Assembly: GCA_973895155.1 (NCBI GenBank)
Contig: OZ316892.1
Coordinates: 16,792,357-16,856,356, forward strand
Direction: 5' to 3'
From: Marsupella aquatica
Lineage: Eukaryota; Plantae; Marchantiophyta
DNA length: 64,000 bases
In this document: positions 27,682-40,000 of the stretch, in pieces
Layout of the letters: every line of letters begins with the position of its first letter
How positions within the stretch are numbered: the stretch's first letter is position 1
The notes under the pieces: generated by a model
Database searches by the model: none
What the model was told of the DNA's origin: nothing
Seen by the model: the letters and a program-made list of their open reading frames with translations, nothing else
Program-made: the position numbers and the translations under genes

Positions 27682-30600
27682 ATGGAGGCTGCAGCGCCGC
27701 TGTTGTCCAATTCTGAGCAGGATGGCAATAAGCTAAGGCGAGAGTTGATGCTCATAGATTCTCTGAGGTGAGCACGTTCCGATTTGCCCATCGTGTTCAG
27801 TTCAAGAGGATCGACTCTTTTTTGCCATTTTTTCTTGAAATGAGTATGAGAGGGAGATTGAGAACCAGCCACTCAATTAGAGCAATGGGAGAAATGTCGT
27901 GCAGACTTGGAAGTGCCTCAGCTTTTATAGCATTCAGGATAATACCATACTTCCGCATAGATCAAATGCCAGTCCTTTGTTGTAATCTTGTCCAACTCAA
28001 GACCTCTTGTAGCCATCTTTCGAGAGAATTTGTGCATTACTCAAATTGTATCCCTTGGTTCTTGACATTGATGCACAGTGGTGGACTTATGCTTGATATT
28101 ATATACCAATGTCATCCTTTTTCATTCAAATTCTATCTCTTGGTACATGACATTTTCTTCTGACTTTGGTAGACATTTGCTTGATGCAGCATTGTGGTGG
28201 GCATCATAGTAGGGAGTGGAATATTTACGACCCCAGGAGTGGTTCTAGCTCAGGCAGTCAGTGTGGGCGAGGGCCTGATAGTATGGCTGGTAGCTGGGGG
28301 AGTTACCCTCTGCTCGGCACTCCTCTATACAGAACTGGGAACATCGATACCAGTTTCAAGTGGAGATACTGAATTTTTAAGGGTAAAATTTCAAGTTGAA
28401 GGCCCATTTGTCTTTGACTTGCTTCAAGACCGCAGTTATTTGTATGTCGAGATGCCGACGGTGTCCAGAGCGCTCCAAAATTTCGTTGTGTATACTAGTT
28501 CTTGCTCTTTATTTGAGACTCTTGCTTGCTGGAAGCGTTTCTTCTCAAACTTCGTGCTCGTGCACTTCGTCTTTCATTTTACCCGAGGCCAGTGGACATT
28601 CAATTTACTTCCACCTTGCAAATGCAAGAGATGCAATGAAGGGTGAGCAATACAAAAGTTGTCTCTTGTATCGCCAAATATCAAGCTAGACCTCGGATAC
28701 TTTGTACCGCTTCATGACGTGCACGCATGTCACAATGAATCCTGATGTAATTTGGCATCCTGTCCAGATAAGCCATTGTATTGCACTCCCACAGGATGGT
28801 AGCTTATGTATAACAGTTACTTTCTTGATTGCATCCTTTAATCAGGTTTAGAAATATTATTTCCCGTTGCATTTTCCTAGTAGTCTTGAATGCGTTCAGC
28901 GTGTTAGCAATCACGGCCATGCGATTTCGTTTGAAATTTTACGACTTGATCATTGTTTGCAGACAGCGTTTGGACCTGCTTGGGGATTTTCATTCATTTG
29001 GACATCCTTTTTGGTTCTCTATCCTGGAAGTATCAGCATCTTCGCAACTTCCCTTGCACAATACGTCCTTGCAGGGGTATGCAGATGTTTTTCAATAAAG
29101 GGTGCACTTCCAAGATTTCCGTCGTTGAAATGCTGGCAATTCTTGATCTTTATGCTCAGCTGCTGGTTCTGGTTTCACTGCGCTCCACTCTTCGTTATCG
29201 TCTGGTTGGGAGTTAGTGTCGTTCTAATCAAGAAACTACAGCATATTTATCATCTTCTTATCTTCTGGACTGACACATTTGTCTCCAAGGAAACGACTGT
29301 AACGCAGAGGTCTCTTTGGGAAAAGGGGGATTGGGTGGGCGTGAGGAGGGTGGTTGTTTACTTGTATTGGTGCTATATCTGAGACTTACGTCTAATGATG
29401 GCGCCAACAGATCACATCTTCAGATTTTGCAACCCAGGATGTGGAAGGTGATCCACGAATTATATACGTAGCAATCACGAGTGTAGTGGGGCTAACTGTC
29501 TTTAACTTTGCTGGTAAGTTTATCAAATGTCTTCAAGAGTCATTTAACCCTGCAATTACTCTTATTTTCCCAGTTCAGCTATTCACCTTTTCGCAAAAAT
29601 GTATGTCTTTTGGATTGGATATGTGGTAGGACTAATCATTTATTTTTGACACAGGAGTACGATTTGGTTCCTTCCTCCAGAATGCTTTTAGTATTTGCAA
29701 GACTTTCCTCGTCTTGGTAGTTCTGATAGTGGCGGTTGTCTTTCTTATGAGTGACACGAGCATACTTCAAGCCAACTTCAGCAAACCATTTGTGGGATCC
29801 TCATTCTTAGGATTTGGTCCAAGCATGGTCGCTGCCCTATGGGCCTACGATGGTTTGTAAGTAGATTGGTGCACTGAGCTTATCTACTTTACATTACCGT
29901 AGTGCTAATACGAACAGCGCAGCACCCGTAAGTGAATGAGCTGCAGAAGGACGAAAGCGCTCATTAAAAACGTATAAGTTTATTATTCACTTGATCCTAA
30001 TTCTTGGGTGAGAGCATTCACGCAATACTACAGATTTACAGATTAACAGAGACTACAGAGAATTTACAATGGGATCTGTTTGTATTTCAATATTTGTAAG
30101 ATATTTGCTAGAGTAGATACGTAGATCAAGCATTAGAAACTCCTCTTGTTCTTGCTTCTCACTCAATCCGGTTGTTTGCACAAAGGGTTTAGTTGGCCCT
30201 TAGTGCCTTCCTCTGGGCCCCCTTTGTTGGAGGGAGTAACGCTTGATTCTGAAGCACTCGTGAACACCGTGCGACGAGAACATTTGAAAACTTTTTTTGA
30301 GGGGGGGGGGGAATTTTTTTAGCTTATTGAGGATATTCAAATAGCACTACGATACAATCAGTTTTGTGTGCCGTTTGTTTCTGGCAGGTATCTCACCTAC
30401 TGGTTAATGTGCTGCAGGCAAAATATCGTTTTTCTCACAGAGGAAATGAAGAATCCTAGCAGAGATATGCCTCGTGCTAGCTTTGCTGGTTGTTTTCTCG
30501 TGACGGCCATATATGTAGGTCGTCCAATGCTACTCACTTTTCTAAAGTCTTCAGTTATGGAAATTTTACAAGTTTGTGTTACTTCGGAAGCTCTGGTTTT

Positions 30601-32781
30601 GCTCTCGGTTATATCAGCGGTAGGATAATGCTCACATAAATATGCACTCGTGATGGTAAAGCTCTAATATTTGGGCTATGACCTAGAACTGACAATTGCA
30701 TTGATTCGTGCAGCTGGTTGTAAACCTTTCCTATCTTTCTGTGCTTCCCTCCTCAGGTAACTAAAATTGTCTGCAGTGGGAGTGGGTTTATCCTGTTACT
30801 CTCCGATGAAAGTTAATAGAGTGCAGAGATTCTGCGCAAGTGGTTTCTGTGCTGCGCTGGATTCAACCAAAGTTGTCATCACAGAGCATTAGTAGGGTTT
30901 CCATATTTTTCTTCTTCCAGATCCTGTCGATTCTTAATTTTGTGGGACTGTCTGGTCGCAGATGTAAAGAACTCCTTTATTGTTGCAATGGATTCGACCA
31001 CGGCTGTGTTTGGGCATCAGGCAGGAAGGTTCACAGCCATTCTCGTTGCCCTTTCCCTGCTAGGTTCACTCAATGCCACACTCTTATGTGGTGGTCGCTA
31101 CTTGGTTCGTAGTCCCCTGTCTGTTTGCATTCTGCTGGACATGATTCGATCATTGCAGTTATCCTAATTTCTGTTTAATCAATGCACATGGCCTTAAGGG
31201 ATTTATAATTTTTTTTAAATCCCCTCACCTGTAAGCTATTATATGAATGACTCAACTTTGTTGTCAAGCTCAGTTTTCTGCTGCAAGGGACGGGCATTTC
31301 CTTTATGGAGAATGGTTTGGAAAAGTTAATCAGAGTACTGGAGCACCAGTTGGTGCACTTATTGCACAGGTGAGTCTCTTATCACACTGTTCACTATGAA
31401 CCATTCCAACTGGCAGGCACGCACTAAGCACCTGGTACTTCAGAGCTAATACAGTTCACTACTTGAAATCTATTGAGATACCTTGTACTAGCTTAGAGGG
31501 ACAGCAGATGAACATGCCGAGTGGATTACATGATTTCAAATGGATGTCTGTTCCCAAGATATCGCAGCCTGTTTGTGCGGAAGTAGATGATGAAGTTTTT
31601 TTGCAAGATCCTAATAACCCCTGGATCTACTAGTGGCAACCGTACCTACCTGATTCCGTTCATATTTTGTGTCGCAGGGAGTGTGGAGTGTTTTCATTTT
31701 GTTTCTATCGGACGATGTGGTGAAGGTACCATTGATCGCCATATTTCATGCATGCTTAGCACTTCTCAGGAGATGTGGTCGCAAATATTTCTAGCTTCCT
31801 GTTCCTTGATGTTGCCCTGCTTCGCTAGATGCATTCTGGGTAACTTCTTAAATTGCTAGAATGTTCAGTTTTACGCATTTACGCTCGCTTCAGTGTCTCT
31901 CAAACCTGTTGGTACCTCAACTCCATCAAACCAGGGAACAGAACCTGTAGCTGAAAGCGTAGGGCAGACACTGAAGAATGAGTACAGTGGAGACCACATA
32001 TTCGTGAAACATTTCGTCAAGGATGAACACTCTACTGTAGCTAGGTTGGTGTACCTCTTCAAGATTAAGTCCCGACGGTAACACTTGACCTTTCTTGTGA
32101 TGGTCATGGCAGCTGCTGAACTACTTCAGTATATCATCATTTTTATTCACCGGGTTGATTGCACTTGCACATTGGAAGCTGCGCTACCAATATCCTGAGC
32201 TATCCAGACCTTTCAGGGTGCCACTCCATCCATGTCTGAACGTCATTGTTATCAGTACATGCGCGTATGTATCTCAAACCGACATGACCTTGTGATAACT
32301 TGAAGCAAAATAATGCTCGCTACTTGTCATTGAGAAATGCACCCATCATTTACTGAGATCCCATCACAAGTTGCAACAACGTCGTAATAGAGCTCTTACT
32401 GCTGCAAAAGGGATGTATCTCACGCGTTTTGAAGCCCATTTCACGAGCACTAAGGACTAGAGTAAACTTGGGAAGGCAAGTGAGTTTCGAGAGAGAAAGA
32501 GGCTCGACTCATGAATTAAAAACTGCTCATTGTTAATTGGAAAGTTCCACATATGTGATTAATATTGCCACTCGGCCAATAAGCCTAACTCCAATGGTTT
32601 CTCGTATGTGTCCCTGATGTATCCCAGGTACATGATTGCAACGACGATTGTGGCAGACCCTATTCCGACCATTGGATCTCTGATCTTCTGCCTTTCATCC
32701 TTTCCAGTGTACCACATAGTTTTCAAGAAAACAGACTCGAAAACTCTTCCAGATCACGACAATGTCGCACTGCTTAGCTGA
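27682..32781 (+). CDS. APC-superfamily amino-acid transporter of the SLC7/LAT (b0,+AT/xCT/Mup1/SteT-like) type, 12 exons, roughly 475 aa
   Basis: Spliced translation: GIIVGSGIFTTP, LYTELGTSIPVSSG, LWAYDG, TEEMKNPSRDMP, GSLNATL, SAARDGH, LRYQYPELSRPFRVP. All introns GT-AG and in phase. ATG at 27682, TGA at 32779-32781. Confidence 0.9.
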
Positions 32782-33226
32782 TCAATTACTTACTTGAGCT
32801 TCTTCAGGACAATGTGTCCAGGTTGGAGAGCAATGCGACACCTGGTATTCGCTCATAAAAATGCAGAATGATGTGTTGCCTCAACTATGATGTCAGGACT
32901 AGGATGCATTGCTTCCCGCATTCATGTAGATGATTGACAAGGACATTTGCCAAACACGGAAGAGAAATGTGAGAGCCAACAGAAGTTTGAGCAGTTTTCA
33001 TCGATCTCAATTTTTAATGGGGACATCTTCCCTGTGCACCTAGTGGTGGAGAAATTCTCAACATTAGGATAGTGACAGAGCAGCTGCTACGTTGCTAATT
33101 TGAATCAGCTCTCTCAGCTCTGAAATGTATTCCGTATGACAGGGAACCAGAGTCCCAGGATTTGAACTGCAAAGATGGGAGGTCCAAGTACAATGATGTT
33201 TCCTGAAGCTTCAACAATTAGCGAAA

Positions 33227-35790
33227 CTACAAGTTGGAGTCGGTCACCTTCCCATTGGAAAGGAGGTGCACCATGTATGCCTGCACATTGACAGATCAAT
33301 TTTGTGAAATTTAATAGTATGACTTTAAAGCAGTAGGATGTCCTTTACAACAATAAAAATCTCATGTTTGCAGTGTCCCACAAATCTGCTAGAACAATAA
33401 ATCTCAAAGCTCGAACAAAGCTTGTGGTGAGTTCTCGTCGCTCACTCATTCACTGGTACCAAGCCCAAAAGTTTTTAGGGTTTCAAAAACACTTGATTGG
33501 TGTCTAAACGAGCGCTACTTAAAGCTGTTCAGCAGAGCTGATACTCTATACGTCTTCGACTCTGTCCACATGAACCCAAAGTTATTCTGCATCAACAGAA
33601 TCTTTGCTCCACAGAACTTGTCTGTAAGAGAGGTGGAGACTTTCCCTAACAACATCCCCTCCTCCGATCCCATTCTTTGCCCTCTTTTCAGCTTGTTCCG
33701 TCTCTGGAGAACACGAAGAATTTGAAAGAATCGGAGCCGAGATAATGAGGAAAACTTACAGAATGATAAGAATATGGAGATTTTCCTTGGCGTTCGAAAT
33801 GCTTTGACATAATGCCAAAATCTAATGGGCCCCAGTCCTCATCCTCAAATATGTTACCCAGGGCCGATTTATATTGAAAAACACCCAAAAGGACAAATGC
33901 TCCATTTGAGATTAGTGACAAGTTTCTGACATTTAGATTAAGGTCCTTGAATCTAAGACAGCAGAGTCAACTCCGTCTAAGGGCCCTTAAGTAACTCACA
34001 TCGGCATCTGAAAGGATGATACTTGATCAGATGGAAGCGTTAGAATAAGGACTGTTGAGCTGGGTATGCAACAGAATTTCAAATTCCGGCTAGGACATGC
34101 CACCCAAGTGACTCTGTCTTTTACGTACTTGAGAGCATGAAAAGACAATTGCTACAAACGAATTTGTCATAGATTAACTTGAGAACCCCTTTTCATAATT
34201 GCCATAGTGATGCCCTAACAATATTACCCAGTTCATCCATTCACAACACTTCCCATCTACAAGTAAAGTCGAAAGGCTCTGTAGAAAACACCTTAGTGGC
34301 GTCAAAGAGAAGGTCCGTTCCAGCAGGATACAAACTGTAAGGACTAGCTTTCCTTGATATTCCGTGTCTTGTGCTGCATACAGGACAACAAGACCATTCC
34401 CTCTAGTTATCGATGGAACGCATTTAAATGAGGGTTTGTAGGTTTCATCGGTGTACTTGATGAAACGCATTCAAATGAGGGTTTGTAGGTTTCATCGGAG
34501 TACTCAACTATGAACAACATTCTAACAACAGAGAAAGAAAGATCGGTACCTGAGATTTATGTAGAAAAAGGTCATGCCGCTGAAAACAAGAAACAACCGA
34601 ACTCCGCGCAAACCTCGACTCACTTTCTGAATGTCCCAAATGGACCTGTCCATGCTCCTACTACTGAAAAAATGAGAGTTCCAGAGCACTTCCTATGACC
34701 ATTCCTCTAGGCACGAATTTGACCCTTCTAAGAACCTGGTCCTTGGGAGTCTTTCCTTTTGGATGAACCTGTAAGTAAACACTGATCGGAACTGACGAGC
34801 ACAAAAAGGAAAGGAACGGTTTGATTATGAGCCTTTCGGGATGCGACTCTGCTGCAGCTAGTGCTGTCCATTCAGAAAAGGAAGTGCGTGAGGGACTAAT
34901 GAAAGGAACTGGGGAGACTACCGCCTGTGCCCCCGTCGGAATCAAAAGATTTTATCCTGATACTTTTTGTATATCTGTGACTCAGATTTGTGACAGCAAG
35001 TACTTGTCGACGTACATGCATCAATCCGTCAAGTTCATTGGAGGTGGGACAATGAAGGCCATCCGTAGCCCGTCAACTCCCTGTGTACCCCCAAAACTCA
35101 CATTACGCTCATAGAACAACCCCTCAAAATTGTCTGCGATGCAAATGAATGATGTTATCAAGTCTACTAATTTCTCCTCAGTGGTGAAACACTGCACGCC
35201 TATCACTCCAGACTATGCCTGTGAGGCATCTTCTATTGCGCCAACATCACGCCACTCGCCAAATTCATGTGCTACAAGATGCACATATACAAGCGCTCCA
35301 AGTCGAAACGTCAGTGAACAAACTCACATCGGCCCTCAGTATGAACATAATGAATTTTCTCCCCCAGGAAGGTATCACATTCTTCCAGTGATCACTGCAA
35401 AAACGATAGATGACGTGTTGATCGTATGCTTATCAATAAACTACTGTAGTCGACGATGATATGAAATTCAGTATGTTCTTGGGACCTTAGAACCTGAGAA
35501 TCCTTGGTTAAACTTATGGTTTCTGAGATCTATAATATGCAGGAATTGTAGCAGAGGTAATTCAAATCTCAGGATTGCCGTATAATTTATCGCTTGTGTC
35601 AGATCTTTTATGCGCAGGGATCGAGACGATGGAGAATATCGACAAGCGAGTCTGGAATCAAAATGTCATTCTTGAGCTGGGAAGCGTACAGTATATCGAA
35701 CAGCAATATGTTCTTACCGTTTCAAGACTAATCGCCGAAATTGCTGAAACCTTGGTGTGCATGGACCCCTTCTACGATGGGGTGGCACAA
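33227..35790 (-). CDS. Gene of unknown function, partial model (last two exons clear, upstream exons unresolved)
   Basis: Exons 33760-about 33925 and 33227-33280 splice in frame to ...YKSALGNIFEDEDWGPLDFGIMSKHFERQGKSPYSYHS/AYMVHLLSNGKVTDSNL*. Several GT-AG-bounded candidate exons lie between 34200 and 35790. Confidence 0.6.
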
Positions 35791-37057
35791 ACCTACAACA
35801 ATTTGTTCTTTCTGTAAGGGCCAAAAACTACGAACCAAAATGACGAGAAAGATTCAGCCAACTTACTGCTCGCAACTTTGACTTAAACCACTCCTGACGT
35901 TTAGGAGTGACCCTAAGAGTTTACTTACAGGACAATTTCCATGCGACATGTTGGCAGTATCAGTAAATACCTTACGAAATCGCTCAACATAATCGGATTT
36001 CCTTATGTTGGTGCTGTAGCTCAAATATTTCTAACATGTTCTCTTGGATCTCTGTTTTAGCTCAAATATTTCTAGCATGTTCTTTGATGTCTAATTTATT
36101 ACTCGACCAAGTTAGAGATTTTTCTGAGATCATTTGCTCCATCTCTGATCAGCACTAGAATGGTCCAATATTATAAATCAACTACTAATAAACGCTTTAC
36201 TCGTAAGGGACAAGGTGAGTAACTAGGGCATGAGTGGCAAACTACCATTTTTGGGAAGGATGCTTCATTTTTTGAGATGAACGCCTAAGTAATCTGGGCA
36301 TGAGGAACAACTTATCATGAGATAAACTAAACAAAACCGGCTCCAAGCTATCAGGAGACCATTTATAGTAGAAATTGTAACAACTGATGTGGTGTTGGAC
36401 TTTTGGCTTCGGTTGTGGTGTGTTTTGGCCCTTGGCTTGTTATGTTTTGTGCCCCCTCCCCCCCCCTCCGATCTTCGCCAAGTTAAAAAAAAAAGAAAAA
36501 AAACGAACCAATTTACTTACAAAAGAAAAAAGAAAAAGTAGAAACTGTGACAATGTTACTCGAGTCATTTTAGACGTTGTGGGCCAGTCCCTCTAAGCTA
36601 TTGGATCCATTCGAGCAAACCCCTCGGTCTATGTTGCTGTATATTCATATTGAAGGGTTTAGTGTATTTTATGTTAGACCCGCCCTGTGTCACTCTCTAA
36701 TTAGCCAATGCGGCCCAATGCCTGGTGAGCCGCCCAACGAGATGTCTTGTCAGTGGACGACTTCGGTCTTCCAAAGTTCCAATTCTTCACGTCCATCAAC
36801 TCAATTCCGTGCAACTGCATGACTTTTTCGAAAAGAATTGGAAGGTGGCGTTGGGTTTTTGGGCATTGTGCAATAGCCAAGGACGAAATTTGTAGAGTGG
36901 CCAGCGGAGTCGAGGAACTTGCCATTGCTTGCCTTTAGAGAAGAAAAGAAATCAGAGCTCTCTAAGCTCTTTTCGGAGGAAGGCTCTCCATGTCCGCTGT
37001 TTGTCATCGTTCTTTGAAATTCGCGGGGGAGCGGGTGTGGTTGAGCATCGAATTGCC

Positions 37058-40000
37058 ATGCAACAACCAAATACTTGCGGAAGGGCGGCAATTCAAAGAA
37101 AGTGTGGAGGAGGTTTTAGAGGGCGAGGAGGGAGTTGTGGTCTCTATCTCACGCGTCACCACTGCCGACTCCCGAGGGCGTTTGACTTGAGGGGCTGCGG
37201 GTTGACGAGGTCGCTTACCTCGGTCTTGAAGGCAGAGGGAAGCGTGGTTCGCAGAAATGGTTATCACGTAGGTCGGTTGCGGATGGACGCTCGCGATTCG
37301 GAGTCGTCAACGACCGGAACAGTAGGAAGGAGCAGTGAGAAGGTACTGAATCAGAGGAGCTTGGGTGTACCGACTTCAATGAACGGTAACTTTTCGGCGG
37401 AATTGTGTTGTGAAAGTTGGGCATTTTTTTGGTTGTCTTTCCAATTTTGTTTTGATAATTGAGCAGTGTATCCAGCTACTTCATATTGTTTTAAGGAAGT
37501 CATGCGAACTGGGCTGTAGTTTCCAATCCCGGAATCATATTCTGTAGTCTTACTTGCTGGTGAATTCCCTTCGATCGTCCCTGAAGCAGCAAGCAGCAAG
37601 CTCCATAATCCCAGGCGTTATCGTTACTGTACTCAGCAGGCCAGGGGCAGGAATGACGATTGACGATTCTGACCCGACGTAGATCTTCTCTGGAAGTTCG
37701 TCATTTCCGCCCAATTTTAATGTCGAAATCCTCCCTAGAATATGGCAATTTCGTGGGCTAGCTGTCCTGCTGAGCCAACCTAAGGCCGGAGCGGCGACGT
37801 CAGGTTCCAGTTCTCATTTCGTAAAATCTTCACTCGAATTTAGGGTTCTACCTGGGTTACATGTTTTGGCCTCTGGATTCCCCTAATTCTTCATAAGTAT
37901 AGAGAAGTAGTTTCAAAGACGTCACACCAGTTAGCAATTTTGACATCTTGTCATGCTCCTACTGTAGGGTCACCTGATTCCAGAGGGAACCAAGCGCTGA
38001 AGGCGCAAGACGAAGAGGAAGGGACTTTGGACGCCAAAAGAACTGAAATGACAAGAGAAATGGAACCAAAGAAAACCAGGGAGTGCACTTTGTTCGGAGT
38101 GGACATGAATCCGGACACGATAGCGATTGCGACAGTGTACTTTGTGCAAGGGATTTTGGGTCTTTCACGACTTGCGGTCTCCTTTTTCCTTAAAGACGAT
38201 TTACATTTGGATCCCGCCGAGGTAACGATTGATCTTACCACATCTGATCTTTGATGAGTCATAGAATAGCCCTGCCGGAGATCCTCTTTAGATTCTAGTC
38301 TTAGTAGATGAATTGCTACCTTTTATTACTGAGCTGGGGTTGTAGAGTTCCCCATGGTAGGAAATCTTCCTGCTCTATCCGTTCCAAACTATAGTGTGAT
38401 TTCAGTCTCTCCTTCTTGTTCGGATTCGAACGGTCACGTCCCGCTAAGCTTTTAAGCATCTCATCATCTAAAATCGTGATTGAAACCGTGCAGACTGCAC
38501 TTTTGACTGGCGTCTCGGCTTTCCCTTGGTTGATCAAGCCTCTGTATGGTTTTCTAAGGTGGGATTACCTGTTACCTTCTTTTTGTTTCCTTCGTACCTT
38601 ATGGAGTAGAAGCAAGTCTTGCTAATTGTTTTAGTGCAGTTGAGAAGACTACCTCAAATGCACGTCCGTCAAATCTACGAACTCACTTCAATGCTAAATG
38701 TCTCACAAGATAATCACAACTTTGAGATTCCTGATATTCTTCTGTTCATGCTGGCGCATTCGATGTCCTTTAAAGCGGTCCCCACCTGGATTTGCACCTG
38801 TCTTGAAAAGCACTCTGAAACTGCAATTGTAGTGCTGGGCATCAATTCGGTTTGATCTCACGTGGGATTTTACTGGCAGTGACGGACTTCCCTTATTTGG
38901 GTATCGAAGAAGAACATACCTTGTCTTATGCGGACTTTTGGGAACTGCATCATGGGGTTTGCTTGCAACGGTGGTCGATGACAAGTACAGCGCAGTTCTC
39001 ATGATACTGCTAAGTTCTCTATCGGTGGCATTCGCCGATGTTGTAAGTGCACAAGGGCATACCAAAATTAACTCGTCTCTCGCACCTTTACATCTCTTTT
39101 ATGCAGTCCCATGAACCTGATCCTGTGGAGATTTATGTGATTGAACTATTTCGACAATGGCATTCAAAGCGAAACGTGTTTTTGAAAACAGGTAGTTGAC
39201 TCCATGGTGGTGGAACGAGCACGTGGAGAGTCGCAAAGTACTTCTGGATCGCTACAATCTCTGTGCTGGGGTTCTAATGCTACTGGTGGTATAGTTAGTG
39301 CGTATTTCAGCGGCTCGTTTGTGGAAACCTATGGTGTGAGGTAAGAACTTCTTGCTATTGAGTTCTTGTTGTCCAGTTCCTTCGAGATGGTCGAGTAATT
39401 GCTTTGAACTTGATTTTAGGAGTGAGATGATGCTCATCTAAGGTAGAAAGGACTTAATATTTTTTCGGGCATTGCTTGCAGATTTGTGTTTGGTGTCACG
39501 GCTCTACTGCCTCTCATCATCTCTGCCGCAGCAGGGCTTGTAAGAGAAAAACCAATAACTCTTTCACCTAAAGAGAATGTGGACGGGTCAGGGCCAGAGT
39601 CTCAATTTCTAGGGTTTATAGAATCATCCGGAAAACAGATTGGGTACTTGTGGCAGACTGTCAAGGAACCAAATATTTTGTTACCAACTTTGTTTATCTT
39701 TCTATGGCAAGCAACTCCAACATCAGAGACAGCCATGTTTTTCTTCACGTAAGTTGGTGAGAGACTTTGACTGAAATCCAGGGTCCTTATTTTGGATCAT
39801 GGGTGGGTTTCTGCTCATTATGAATGCTCATATCTTTCAAAGGGCTTACAAGCTTGTGAGGATACTAGTTTTGATGCAAGATTTTTTTTGTGTAATCAGC
39901 ACTTCGAAGTGGCATCTGTATGAGCTCCTGGTTGCCATTCCGAATTGCTACAGGACGGGAAGGAATTTCTTTTATCACAGTCTGGATAGTTTGGGATTCT

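Noticed and set aside
34417-34498. 35-bp direct duplication (also a 26-bp one at about 36018-36085)
   Set aside because: Ordinary local micro-duplications with no further structure.
36701-36925. Transit-peptide-like ORF (MASSSTPLATLQ...) as first exon of the unknown minus-strand gene
   Set aside because: No convincing in-phase splice to downstream exons. It overlaps the probable FBT leader. Left unresolved.
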